Program-made: the position numbers and the translations under genes | Source: Pirellula sp. | GTDB lineage: Bacteria > Planctomycetota > Planctomycetia > Pirellulales > Pirellulaceae | DNA: 64,000 nt | NCBI GenBank assembly: GCA_021300155.1 | Contig: JAJTID010000041.1 | Location: 12,608 to 76,607 of the forward strand | Direction of reading: 5' to 3' | Shown here: piece after piece, positions 19,168 through 28,760 of the stretch | How the letters are laid out: the number at the start of each line of letters is the position of its first letter | Numbering within the stretch: position 1 is the first letter of the stretch | The notes under the pieces: generated by a model | Told to the model about the DNA's origin: nothing | Database searches by the model: none | What the model saw: only the letters and a program-made list of their open reading frames with translations

Positions 19168-20186
19168 TCCATCGGAATCGTGGGTGAGATGTTTGGCTTT
19201 CGAATCGCCTCTGCAAAATGTGCATACTCCGCGTCTCTTTCTAAGCCTGGCCCTGAGTGGATCAACGCACCGAAGGTCAACTCGAGACTCTTTTCCTGTT
19301 TGATAAGAACAGCACTCAGCTCTCCCTGCTTCATCGCCTTCCGTCCAAAAGGATTGGCGACCATCAGCCCGTAATTTCGATTGTGCCACCAAGACTCGCG
19401 AAAGTTCGCAGAACTCGCCATCAACATCACTCCCATTTCACGCTCTGCCACAGTGCCGTAATAATCGCACCAAACCGAAGGCTGCCCCCATGTCTTCGCT
19501 GCTGATGCTAAGCCTTTTGAGTTCAACATAGTGCCGCCGTTCTTTTCTGTTAGCTCCGTTGCAACTCGGGCCCCGAAACCCATCTCTTCTTGATCGCCAA
19601 AGACAATGTCTCGCTCAGCTTGAAAAGTTGCAGCCCAAACGATCATCCATCCCGCAGGCCGAGCAAGCAATCGAATGCGATTCGTCATCACACTCAGCAC
19701 GCGTCCGTCCGTTCCAAGCATGTCCGACTCCGTCGTGAATCTCAGCTCGTTACCTGACACGACTGGTTTCTCCGAAAAAACCCGATGCACTACACTCGCT
19801 TTGTTTCGCCAAAAGTCGTTTCCACTGATGTCACCAAAGGCCAACCAAATGCCTGGATGCATCGTGTCGTGGTCCATTGCATCCTGGCCTTCACGCGGTG
19901 GATGATTGCGAGTCACTTGTTGCCCATCGCTCGTTTTCAGATTGGAGAAATAGGGTCGAAGTATCTTCGGATCTTGAAAGACGAAATCGGCGATAGCTTG
20001 TTTCCCGAACGAAATCGAGAGGCGATCTTCTTGCGAGACAAAAGAAAAGAACTTTGCGTTGCTATCTTGTTCAGCTACGACTGGATCCGCTACGACTCGA
20101 CTCTGTACAACAGGTTGAACTTCTTGCGCTAGAATCGGTGCAGAGAAAGCCAACAACAATACGACTACATCAAAAACGATTCTCAT
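19164..20186 (-). CDS. Exported DUF6807-like (so-called PmoA-family) protein
   Basis: Signal peptide 'MRIVF...ILAQE'; 'RPYF', 'DHDTMHPGIWLAFGD...DFW', 'WHNRNYGLMVANPFG'. ATGA overlaps on both sides. Confidence 0.6.
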   Translation of the reverse strand: MRIVFDVVVLLLAFSAPILAQEVQPVVQSRVVADPVVAEQDSNAKFFSFVSQEDRLSISFGKQAIADFVFQDPKILRPYFSNLKTSDGQQVTRNHPPREGQDAMDHDTMHPGIWLAFGDISGNDFWRNKASVVHRVFSEKPVVSGNELRFTTESDMLGTDGRVLSVMTNRIRLLARPAGWMIVWAATFQAERDIVFGDQEEMGFGARVATELTEKNGGTMLNSKGLASAAKTWGQPSVWCDYYGTVAEREMGVMLMASSANFRESWWHNRNYGLMVANPFGRKAMKQGELSAVLIKQEKSLELTFGALIHSGPGLERDAEYAHFAEAIRKPNISPTIPME

Positions 20187-21688
20187 GGAAGCTCTTTCCA
20201 AATGGATTTACATTGTACCGATACCAATCGAACCAAGCTCGCTGGCAATGTCTCCTTGGTCAATGGTACAACCAAGAAGTCTTCGCCTCGCGCCTCGCCT
20301 GCCATTCGGCCATACTTGTACTGACTCGTGAATCCACTCTCTGCGGATTGCTCTGCTTTATGCCGTGGATTCGGCACTGATAAAAACATTCCTTCGACTA
20401 GCGGCGGTACATCGGTTGAGTCGCTTGATCGAAGCTTACTCAACGTCAATGTCCGAAAAAGCTGCTTGGCGGTCAATGCGCCTGGGTCCACCAATTGCAC
20501 GTCAGGACTGATCAGACTCTCAAAGGGTGATGTACCATCCGCAGCTCGGTACTGTCGCAACCGCTGAAGATTCTCTGCGATTCGTTCAGACTCGAACGGA
20601 AAGTGAGTGCAACCCAAAATCACGCGTTCGATCGGAGCTGTTGCACCAGACTGTCGATAGCTCTCAACCATTGAAACAACATCATACTTGACGTAATTCT
20701 CCACAGAGTTGAGGCGCACGTCCTCCGCAGAACCACCACTCACCCCGTTCGCATCAAATGCATAGAGGGGCATGAGTCCTGGTTGAATGGGTGCTTTGGT
20801 GTTGGTCAACGAGGGCCCTTGGTAGTCGGCAGCCTGCCCCGTGGAAGTGTCATCGTCTCGGATAAAAGAACGATTCCCTTCGATTGCACCGGCCAAACCG
20901 AGGCTTCCTTGTTGCCAAACCACTGGTTGCCGTTTTCCAGCTTGGCCCGCAGACTTGGCGATCGCTTTCGGGTAAGCTCCACTACTGCACGTTCCCAACG
21001 TCGCCATCACCGCAACAGCCCCGGAAGAGCGATTCGACGGTAGCTCTTGCACGACCGCATTCGCACCTGCTTCTACCACTCCAATCACAGGTATCGATAC
21101 CTGCCAGTCTTGCAACGCGCTTCGAATATCTTCTAAACCGTAAGCTGTAGCCGTATTACATGCAATCACGATTGCCTTCACGGGTAGCTTGGTCAGCTTC
21201 GGTGCAGCCGAATGCTTATTCTCCCAGTATCGACACCCCAGAAGAAACATGGCGTCGCGGAGAATAAACTCCCGCAGCAAATCCTCCTTCCCGACTACCG
21301 CATAGTTTCCATACGGCATATTCGCTTGATCACCTAAATAGATAAATCGCTCGTTCTGAAAGTCTGGCACTCCATCTTTGCCTGGTTGCCCTGTGCGATT
21401 GTTATGCTCGTCTAAGCTCAAAATCGTTTCGAGTACCGTCAACCCCCCTATGCCCGAGTCGAATACTCCGATCGGCAGATCATTTGTTGGAGTCGAGTAT
21501 CGTTCCAACGGAATGGAATAGTACGTCCCTCGCCCACGATTGACTTTCACTTCTGCAATCAGTTTTTTGACCGCATGATTGGCATTGAGCGTCGCGCGGG
21601 ATGCTTCTTGAGCGCGTACTAGACCAATAAGACAATACAGAACGACGCACGAGGATAGGAGCAAATAGCGTTCGATAAAAAATTTCAT
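20183..21688 (-). CDS. Glutamate/aspartate racemase-family protein with N-terminal signal peptide and insertions
   Basis: 'PIGVFDSGIGGLTV', 'YLGDQANMPYG', two catalytic Cys motifs 'IACNTAT' and 'LGCTHFP'. At 501 aa it is roughly twice the length of a typical MurI. Confidence 0.8.
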   Translation of the reverse strand: MKFFIERYLLLSSCVVLYCLIGLVRAQEASRATLNANHAVKKLIAEVKVNRGRGTYYSIPLERYSTPTNDLPIGVFDSGIGGLTVLETILSLDEHNNRTGQPGKDGVPDFQNERFIYLGDQANMPYGNYAVVGKEDLLREFILRDAMFLLGCRYWENKHSAAPKLTKLPVKAIVIACNTATAYGLEDIRSALQDWQVSIPVIGVVEAGANAVVQELPSNRSSGAVAVMATLGTCSSGAYPKAIAKSAGQAGKRQPVVWQQGSLGLAGAIEGNRSFIRDDDTSTGQAADYQGPSLTNTKAPIQPGLMPLYAFDANGVSGGSAEDVRLNSVENYVKYDVVSMVESYRQSGATAPIERVILGCTHFPFESERIAENLQRLRQYRAADGTSPFESLISPDVQLVDPGALTAKQLFRTLTLSKLRSSDSTDVPPLVEGMFLSVPNPRHKAEQSAESGFTSQYKYGRMAGEARGEDFLVVPLTKETLPASLVRLVSVQCKSIWKELP

Positions 21689-21730
21689 GATTGATGATGT
21701 TTTCTATTCGACCGATCAGCAGTTGACCGA

Positions 21731-24700
21731 TTAATTGACGATCGTAAATCCATAAAGCGGCGAACCCATGGTAGCGGATGAAGGAATGGTACGGTAACCA
21801 ACCGATTGCCAAAGTCTCGTATCGCTTTCGTGTTGTATCATATCGACCCAGGCTGCGATGGGATCGGACGTCCCCTCGACCACTTCGTGCGACGTCAAGT
21901 GACTTTCCAGGCGTCGCTCGCCAGCATGATACGTTCGCCTCGGATCGCGTAGCGGCAAGGAAGGTGTTTCGTTCCAACCCGAGGGCGGATCCCAATCGAA
22001 TAACCGGCCGGGATGCATCAAAACGCGTGCTCGAACCCTGCGATTCCCCTCGGGGCCTGTCCCAACGAAATGATGCACTCCATGCTCTTCGCCAAGCCAA
22101 TTGCCGATCCGACCATTGTCCATTTGCAACGCGATTCCCATCGTACCTTTGGGCAATTGGTCGAGCTCACACCATGAAGCCACACGGAAGACATCGATTT
22201 CCTTGACCCGATTCCGTTGCTCTATTTCTATCAGAAGCATATTCTCCGAAGAATTGCTTTCCACCGTACGAAGCAAACGAAATGCAGGTGAAAACTGGTC
22301 AGGAATCTCGATGCTCTTTCGGCTCGCAGCCTGCCTCTCCAAGAACTCTCTCGATAGAGGATCGTGCATCGAGTTGTAGTTCGCTAAACGGAATGGAAGC
22401 ACGCGCCATCCATTTAAGTCGGCCATCCGTCGATAAGCTTCCCATAGCGGTTTCGCGGCGGTGATCGGATTGCAAAGGATGATGACTGAATACATTTCCT
22501 TCACACTGACATCAAGGCGTTGCATGGAGATCAGATAGGTCTTCAATACTCCAGCAAGCTTGCGAGCTTCATCCGTCGTGTAGTCGACTTCCAACGATTG
22601 ATTCTGATACCAACTGCTAAAGACACGGCTCTGCAATCGTTCCACTTGCTCGACGATGGAAATAAACTCCGAAATCGACTTGGCGGTTTCTCCTTCTTCA
22701 CGACGCAGCAACTGTATCTGATAATTTACCCCCTGCTTCCGTCTCGCCGAGGTCAGTTTTTTGAGTCTGCGTTTGTTTCGATCAATTTGACGTCGAATAC
22801 GTTCCAGATCATTCTGAATCGAGTAAAACTGAGACGAATGCCGCAATAGCCTCGCTCGATATCCGAGATCTCGAACTTCTTCGATCGCACGATGTTGAGG
22901 AGCTTGGGACGAATCGCGTTTGCTCAATCGCTCCATCCTTACGTTCATCTCCAAACGCGATCGATCCGCCGAAGCATCAAACATAACATGCGGGACGGCA
23001 AGCTCGTTAGCGAGATGCATCGTGTCTGCAATCGGGATCGCAATATGCCTTTCCAACTCTCGCTTCAATGGACGAGCACCATAAGCAGGCTCATATCCAC
23101 CAGCAGCCAACGTATCGCGACCATCCAGAGTAATCGACCAATCTACGGTTCGGTACCTCAACCCGCTGCGCGTCGCAAGCTTATCGAGTTCACGATCCAC
23201 GATCTTGCGAACGACCACCGGTGCAAGCGGCTGATACGGAATAATCTGATCAATACGACCGAGGAACTCTGGCCGAACGAACCGCTTGACCTCGCGAAGA
23301 AAATGTTCATTCGCTCGCACCGACTGGGAATCGAAACCAAGCGATCTTCCGTGAAAACTCTCGACTCCCAAGTTGCTCGTCAAGAGGATGACCGCGTTGC
23401 GGAAGTCTGCGATTCGTCCCATCGAATCGGTCAATCTCCCTTCGCCGAGCACCTGCAGGAGCAGATCCAATACCGATGCGTGGGACTTTTCAAACTCGTC
23501 CAACAATACCACGGAGAACGGTTGATCTCGAATCGGGCTCGTCAATGTTCCGTCCCCACCATTATTCACACCGATCATTCGTGCCCCCGACCAGGGGTGA
23601 GCATACTCGCTCATGTCGATGCGAATCATTCGACTTGGGTCACGATAAAGCAGTTTTGCTAGGGCTTTCGCTGTCTCGGTCTTGCCAACTCCAGTGGGCC
23701 CAATCAACAACAACGATGCCAGCGGCCGATCGATGCGGTTCATGCGTGCCTTTAATACGGTCATCAACTCTACAACGCGCCGAATCGGTTCCGGCTGTCC
23801 GATCACATCGGACTCCAGTTGGGTTCGTATCTCTTCTTCCTGGAATCGCACGGAATCATCGAGCAAGAACAACGGCAACCCGGTATCTTGAGAGAATCGT
23901 TTCGATACAGCAACACGATCGATCGACCCCTCGGATTCCCACGTCTCTAACATGCTTTGCAACATGGAGAGAGGTTGCCCCGGCATCGACGAGTATGTCG
24001 CAAATCGCAAGTGCAATCGAATCAATTCGTCCGTCGCGGAGTCTTCCCAGCGAATGCGATGCACTTTCGAAAGTCGCTCGGCGCACCTCGACAAAATCTT
24101 CTTTGCTTTCTCAACACTCGGTACTGCGACATCGATACGAGCAAAACTACGGAGTAGCAGAGGTTCTTCCCTTTGAATAATAGTGATTTGCTCTGGCGTG
24201 CACTCGAGTATTGAAACTAACTCTCCACTCTCCAGCGAATTGCGCAGATGCGCGGCGACTCCCGGTTGTCCATTAATCTTCCCCGACTCCAGTAGCTCAA
24301 CCGCAGAGCCTAAGTGCAACAAAATCTTCGCCTGTCTCGCCTCTTTTACGACATCGAGACATCGCTGCTGCCACATCCCGAATCCCGAAGCACCAGAAAC
24401 TAATCGAGCACCATTTGTCGTCCATACGTCGAGAATTGCGGCATCTGACGGATGTGGTCGATGCGCGAACTGTCTAGCCCACTCAAAAACGATAGCTGAC
24501 TTGCCTACCCCTGGTGGCCCGACCAATAAAACGTTGGAAGGTTTCTCTCCCAGCAATTGTTCATTCAATCGCTCCACATAATCGTCGTATTCGAAGACAT
24601 GGTGTCCACGCCAACGCGCAATCGGCGTTCCAACCGATCGCATTGTTTTCAAACTCGGACCTTTCTTCTTCAACTTTCGCAATTGATACTTTTCGGCAAT

Positions 24701-25318
24701 ATCCGTAACCGACAAATCGGTGACTTTGCGGACTTCCAACGAACGATCACAGAAAGCGTCCCGCACTTCGCTCAGTGTCAGATCATCAAACTGCCGGGAT
24801 AGGATGCCTCTTAATTGGCTTTGCAGATGGGTATCGCTTACTTCCAATTTCTCCGTCAAAAAGGAGGCATTTAGATTGGGCACATACCAATGAAAATGCT
24901 TCGGCGAAATCGGCCAACAGAAAAGCGAGATGGAAACGGTGATGCCTTCATCCCATCCGATCATTCGCTCTGGCGGATTGATTGAGAGGGCCACCTTTCT
25001 TTCTCGCGGTTTGTTTCTTGGACAAGCCCCTAACCAACGCGAGGGCCGAACCTTCTTCAAATGCTGATGCCACTTCGAAGTCAGCAGAACTTTTGCCTGC
25101 TGCCAATTGCTGGTAACCACTTCCATCGACAGAGGCGGCAACAACTTTGCACGACAGAGCTCTGATTCATGCTGTTCGACCAAAGCAAAAAGAGAGATTC
25201 GCCGTTCGTGAGCCATGGGCAGCCGGGTCAATTCACCGTAACTTGAAGGAACTTGTTCAGAGGATTCTTTCGTGTCATGACGCAATAAAACGATGTCTCG
25301 AGAAACGACATTGTACAC
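21731..25318 (-). CDS. Clp/Hsp100 two-NBD AAA+ ATPase (ClpA/C-like) with atypical N-domain and release-factor-like C-terminal extension
   Basis: Walker A 'GPPGVGKS' and 'GPTGVGKT'; 'RIDMSEY', 'LLDEFEKSH', 'GRLTD', 'SNLG..SLGF', 'PEFLGRID', 'YGARPLKR'. Start may be 25216. Confidence 0.85.
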   Translation of the reverse strand: MYNVVSRDIVLLRHDTKESSEQVPSSYGELTRLPMAHERRISLFALVEQHESELCRAKLLPPLSMEVVTSNWQQAKVLLTSKWHQHLKKVRPSRWLGACPRNKPRERKVALSINPPERMIGWDEGITVSISLFCWPISPKHFHWYVPNLNASFLTEKLEVSDTHLQSQLRGILSRQFDDLTLSEVRDAFCDRSLEVRKVTDLSVTDIAEKYQLRKLKKKGPSLKTMRSVGTPIARWRGHHVFEYDDYVERLNEQLLGEKPSNVLLVGPPGVGKSAIVFEWARQFAHRPHPSDAAILDVWTTNGARLVSGASGFGMWQQRCLDVVKEARQAKILLHLGSAVELLESGKINGQPGVAAHLRNSLESGELVSILECTPEQITIIQREEPLLLRSFARIDVAVPSVEKAKKILSRCAERLSKVHRIRWEDSATDELIRLHLRFATYSSMPGQPLSMLQSMLETWESEGSIDRVAVSKRFSQDTGLPLFLLDDSVRFQEEEIRTQLESDVIGQPEPIRRVVELMTVLKARMNRIDRPLASLLLIGPTGVGKTETAKALAKLLYRDPSRMIRIDMSEYAHPWSGARMIGVNNGGDGTLTSPIRDQPFSVVLLDEFEKSHASVLDLLLQVLGEGRLTDSMGRIADFRNAVILLTSNLGVESFHGRSLGFDSQSVRANEHFLREVKRFVRPEFLGRIDQIIPYQPLAPVVVRKIVDRELDKLATRSGLRYRTVDWSITLDGRDTLAAGGYEPAYGARPLKRELERHIAIPIADTMHLANELAVPHVMFDASADRSRLEMNVRMERLSKRDSSQAPQHRAIEEVRDLGYRARLLRHSSQFYSIQNDLERIRRQIDRNKRRLKKLTSARRKQGVNYQIQLLRREEGETAKSISEFISIVEQVERLQSRVFSSWYQNQSLEVDYTTDEARKLAGVLKTYLISMQRLDVSVKEMYSVIILCNPITAAKPLWEAYRRMADLNGWRVLPFRLANYNSMHDPLSREFLERQAASRKSIEIPDQFSPAFRLLRTVESNSSENMLLIEIEQRNRVKEIDVFRVASWCELDQLPKGTMGIALQMDNGRIGNWLGEEHGVHHFVGTGPEGNRRVRARVLMHPGRLFDWDPPSGWNETPSLPLRDPRRTYHAGERRLESHLTSHEVVEGTSDPIAAWVDMIQHESDTRLWQSVGYRTIPSSATMGSPLYGFTIVN

Positions 25319-25510
25319 TAACCAATGGTTCGGAGGTTACTCTTTGATAGGCGAAATCTAGTCACCGACGAGTTGATCAACCATAGAGATAAGCTCACTG
25401 ACTGGATTCGCTTCACCAAGTTGAATGGAAATGAAACGATTCCATCGCTGAGCCTCGCATTTCGGGTTCAGCTGAAGACTTTCAATGGTGGCGTCTCTTG
25501 GTCGACGGAC

Positions 25511-26692
25511 TTAATTAGAACCCAACAGCCATGCTTCAGTAAACTCGGAGTGCTTCATGCTTTTTCCTTCGGGAACAAAGTAACTGTAGACAGCATGAAT
25601 CCTACCGTCTTTCCCTTGAGTCATGGCCGGATAATGGAAAGAGCCGCCAGGTTGATTCTCAAGGGAGCGAGTCCATTTCCAGCTCTTTCCTTCATCGTCC
25701 GACAACGACACCACCAAGCTCGATCGCCCTTCTTCAGTATCGTTGTAAACCAAGGCCCATTTGCCACTTGAAAGTCGTAAAGCATCGACGCCGGAGCCAG
25801 GATTCGGAAGCGACGTCGAATAGACATCACCCCACGTCTCCCCTCGATCGACGGACTCGCACGCTTGTATTTTTCCAGTGACTCCATTCTCTCGCATGTA
25901 AGCTATGAGACTCCCGTCTGCACGCTCTAGAACTGCAGGCTGAATGTTACCAAACCCGATCAGAGGCTCGCTTGCTTTCCATGTCACACCAGAGTCATCG
26001 CTATATGCCATCAACGAAATTGAATAGGTGTCAGTATAAAGTGGCAATAGAATGCGTCCATTCTTCAATACAGTCGGCTTGCATCTCGGTTGCCAACCTA
26101 GCCGTTGATAAAGTTTGTCATCCAATCGCGACTTCAATAGAGCGACGACTTCTTTTTGCTTGTCTGTAAGTGGCACGTTTGCTTTTGCCAGAAACTGTTC
26201 AAGCTTGATCTTGGCTGATGGTCCAAAGTCTTTAGGCTTGAGAAACAAAACATCCCTTCGTTTCCATACCGGTGCTCCGTCCGATGTGTAGTCCTCGGAA
26301 ACTAAAGCGTTGGTCAAGCAAGACTCCCAAGTGTTTGCAATGATCACCGGCCAGAATAGCCATAGCCGATTTGAAGAGTCGATCATCATGCAAGTATTGC
26401 AATCAGGGAAATCTGGAGTGTCGACCATCAAAAAGGGCTCTGACCACTTCGACTCTCCTTTCTTTTTGCGACTTCCCAATACCACAACATCATCGGCTTT
26501 GCGTTCGCCTGATCCGCGATACCAAGAGGTCAATAAATCGCCGTTTGGCAATTCGACGATACCTGGCGCATGATTGTGATTGGCATCCAATGGAAAAACC
26601 AATTCAGCGGAATACTGGGTTTGAAACGCTGTGGCCAAAAATACACAGCACATGGAGAAGAAAGAAAACACAGTACGAAGAACTCCGATCAA
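25511..26692 (-). CDS. BNR-repeat (sialidase-like) beta-propeller protein, exported
   Basis: Asp-boxes 'YSDDSGVTW', 'SVDRGETW', 'SDDEGKSW'; 'NPGSG', 'FHYP'. Confidence 0.85.
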   Translation of the reverse strand: MIGVLRTVFSFFSMCCVFLATAFQTQYSAELVFPLDANHNHAPGIVELPNGDLLTSWYRGSGERKADDVVVLGSRKKKGESKWSEPFLMVDTPDFPDCNTCMMIDSSNRLWLFWPVIIANTWESCLTNALVSEDYTSDGAPVWKRRDVLFLKPKDFGPSAKIKLEQFLAKANVPLTDKQKEVVALLKSRLDDKLYQRLGWQPRCKPTVLKNGRILLPLYTDTYSISLMAYSDDSGVTWKASEPLIGFGNIQPAVLERADGSLIAYMRENGVTGKIQACESVDRGETWGDVYSTSLPNPGSGVDALRLSSGKWALVYNDTEEGRSSLVVSLSDDEGKSWKWTRSLENQPGGSFHYPAMTQGKDGRIHAVYSYFVPEGKSMKHSEFTEAWLLGSN

Positions 26693-26713
26693 AGAATATT
26701 ATCAAGTGTAATT

Positions 26714-27673
26714 TCAACGATTCCAAACCAGCCCAACAATGGCGCCCGTTACCAATCCACCCAAGTGAGCAACATTAGCCATCCCAAGTCCATTGGGCAT
26801 AGCAAAGCCGAGCACCAATAGCATGCCGATCATGACGTAGGCATCGGGTGGAAAAAAGAATCCACAATCTGGGCGAAGCCTGGATTTGACCGCCAAATAA
26901 CCAAACAATCCCATGATAACACCTGAGATCCCCACGAAATTCGGGTTCCCAAAAAACTGTGGTGGCAACAACCCTTGTGGCAAATGGGACCCCAGCGCCA
27001 TGATAATCAACAGGATCGAATACTTTCCGACTCCTTCTAGCTTTTCCGTGAGCCGTCCGAGCGACGCCAACGAAAACATATTGAGCAATAAGTGAATGGC
27101 GTCTCCATGAAGAAACGCAGGGGTCAGCAACCGCCACAACTCGAATTTCTTCAATGAGGCCGCTGGGTCATTTGTCTCCATGTACAAACGCATATCAACA
27201 AACTTCAGTTCTTGCATGGCAATTCTCCCGAGCACATTGCCTTGCCCCAGATTATTGGCGAAGCCAGCGACAAATCCGAGTGCCACACAAATGATCACCA
27301 GCGCCAAAGTCAATGGTGGTAGCCGACCGCCCATCATCGGGTTCCCCGTGGGCCGAAGCGTTCGTATGTTCTTCTCTCTCAATTTTTGTTCCGTTTGTTT
27401 TTGCTGAACGATGGCTCTCGCCTCTTGGATCGCTTGGCTGTACTTTGGATTGTCTGGTTCGCTCTGGAATCGATTCCATTCGGCAATTGCCTCAGGTAGT
27501 CGATCTTCGTCCCGAACCCAGAGAGACCAGCACTCACTGCTCTCTCCCCAGCTTCCATCGCTCTGTTTGATGGCACCTTCGTGTTCAACATGTGTTGATA
27601 TTCCTAGGGTCAACAGGTGAGCCACGAACGACTCGGCGTGTTTCTTGTTCTTTACGTCTGCAAGGTGTCTCAT
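26714..27673 (-). CDS. Rhomboid intramembrane serine protease (GlpG-like, with soluble N-domain)
   Basis: 'LWRLLTPAFLH', 'HLLLNM', catalytic 'GISG', 'AHLGGL'. Confidence 0.9.
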   Translation of the reverse strand: MRHLADVKNKKHAESFVAHLLTLGISTHVEHEGAIKQSDGSWGESSECWSLWVRDEDRLPEAIAEWNRFQSEPDNPKYSQAIQEARAIVQQKQTEQKLREKNIRTLRPTGNPMMGGRLPPLTLALVIICVALGFVAGFANNLGQGNVLGRIAMQELKFVDMRLYMETNDPAASLKKFELWRLLTPAFLHGDAIHLLLNMFSLASLGRLTEKLEGVGKYSILLIIMALGSHLPQGLLPPQFFGNPNFVGISGVIMGLFGYLAVKSRLRPDCGFFFPPDAYVMIGMLLVLGFAMPNGLGMANVAHLGGLVTGAIVGLVWNR

Positions 27674-27680
27674 GCGATGG

Positions 27681-28610
27681 TCAGGCTATCGGTCGTAATT
27701 GATGAATGGGGACATAGTATTTTAGGTAACGTTTGCCGTCGCTGAATCGTTCACCGCGACTGTCTTCCACCAGGATAGTGGCTCGTCGAGTGATTCGGTT
27801 CACGACTCCAACGATGGTTTTTCCTTCAAAGCGAAAAGCGACACGGTTCCCCGCTCGAATGTTGTAATCCTTTGCGGCTCGCTGCTGCTGGGTGATCAAT
27901 TCGTGCCGATGTTCCGTGTGACCAAACATGCCATGGGCAATCGACTGAAATCTTCCGGCAGCACAATCACTTTGGATCCAAACCAACATCTCGCAAAGGT
28001 GGATCAGCTCATGTTCAACAATTCGCTGCATCGCGGTCAACCTATCACGGCAATCGTAACCGCATACCCGAATATTGTCATCCGCTCCACGAAAGGACTG
28101 AAAAAGCAACGAGGTAGAAAGTGCGATTTCATAATGCGTGCGACTTGGACGCCCCGCAGTGGCCGGATAAACTGTCCGGGTAGTCTTGCCCCCGGCTCGG
28201 GTCATACGCGAACTCAACCGGAACGACAATCCATACGATTCCGCTAAAGGCAATGCAATACCGCCCAAAAACTGTTCGTCATATAGATAAGCCATCAGCT
28301 CTAGATCGTTTTTTGCCACCGATTGAAAATTGCGGCTGGTCATCACTTTGGATCTCGAAAGCACTCGATCCGCGATTACTTGCTGTTTTTGATGTTTGTC
28401 CGCCCAAACGTGCGGCGAGGAATAGAGCAACTCTGCAAGCCGCTTTTGACGCTCGATCCTGGTCGCTACGGTCGTACCGACAATTTTGAGATCCCAACCC
28501 ACGTTCTTTTTCCCAGCACCGCTTTCCACAGCCATCTGGCGTTTCGCTCGCGCATCCGATTCCTGGGGGGCGGGATCGGATCCCGACGGTCTTTTCTGTG
28601 GTTGCCTCAT
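27681..28610 (-). CDS. SprT-like zinc metalloprotease-fold protein with C-terminal SH3/KOW-like beta region
   Basis: 'LSSRMTRAGGKT', zincin 'HELIH', C-terminal 'GNRVAFRFEGK...GVVNRITRRATILVE'. Start uncertain. Confidence 0.7.
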   Translation of the reverse strand: MRQPQKRPSGSDPAPQESDARAKRQMAVESGAGKKNVGWDLKIVGTTVATRIERQKRLAELLYSSPHVWADKHQKQQVIADRVLSRSKVMTSRNFQSVAKNDLELMAYLYDEQFLGGIALPLAESYGLSFRLSSRMTRAGGKTTRTVYPATAGRPSRTHYEIALSTSLLFQSFRGADDNIRVCGYDCRDRLTAMQRIVEHELIHLCEMLVWIQSDCAAGRFQSIAHGMFGHTEHRHELITQQQRAAKDYNIRAGNRVAFRFEGKTIVGVVNRITRRATILVEDSRGERFSDGKRYLKYYVPIHQLRPIA

Positions 28611-28760
28611 CCGAGTCGTCCGTGATCCAAAAGGCTAAAAGGGGAAACTGAATCGGAACATAGTATAGCTTCAATCCGAATGCTGCGCCATCTCCAACAA
28701 TTGGCTCAAAAGAGGTATACTCCAGGGCTTCAACATTCCAACTCTGAAGACACCCATTTT

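Noticed and set aside
19164-20186. Methane monooxygenase PmoA (the family nickname)
   Set aside because: The protein is soluble with a signal peptide and lacks the TM helices and operon context of true pmoCAB.
22892-24180. Long antisense ORFs (256 aa and 234 aa) opposite the Clp ATPase, and similar shadows elsewhere (e.g. 21480-22100, 43336-43914, 55127-55630)
   Set aside because: They are antisense or alternate-frame shadows of well-supported genes, with Arg/Ser-rich non-protein-like composition.
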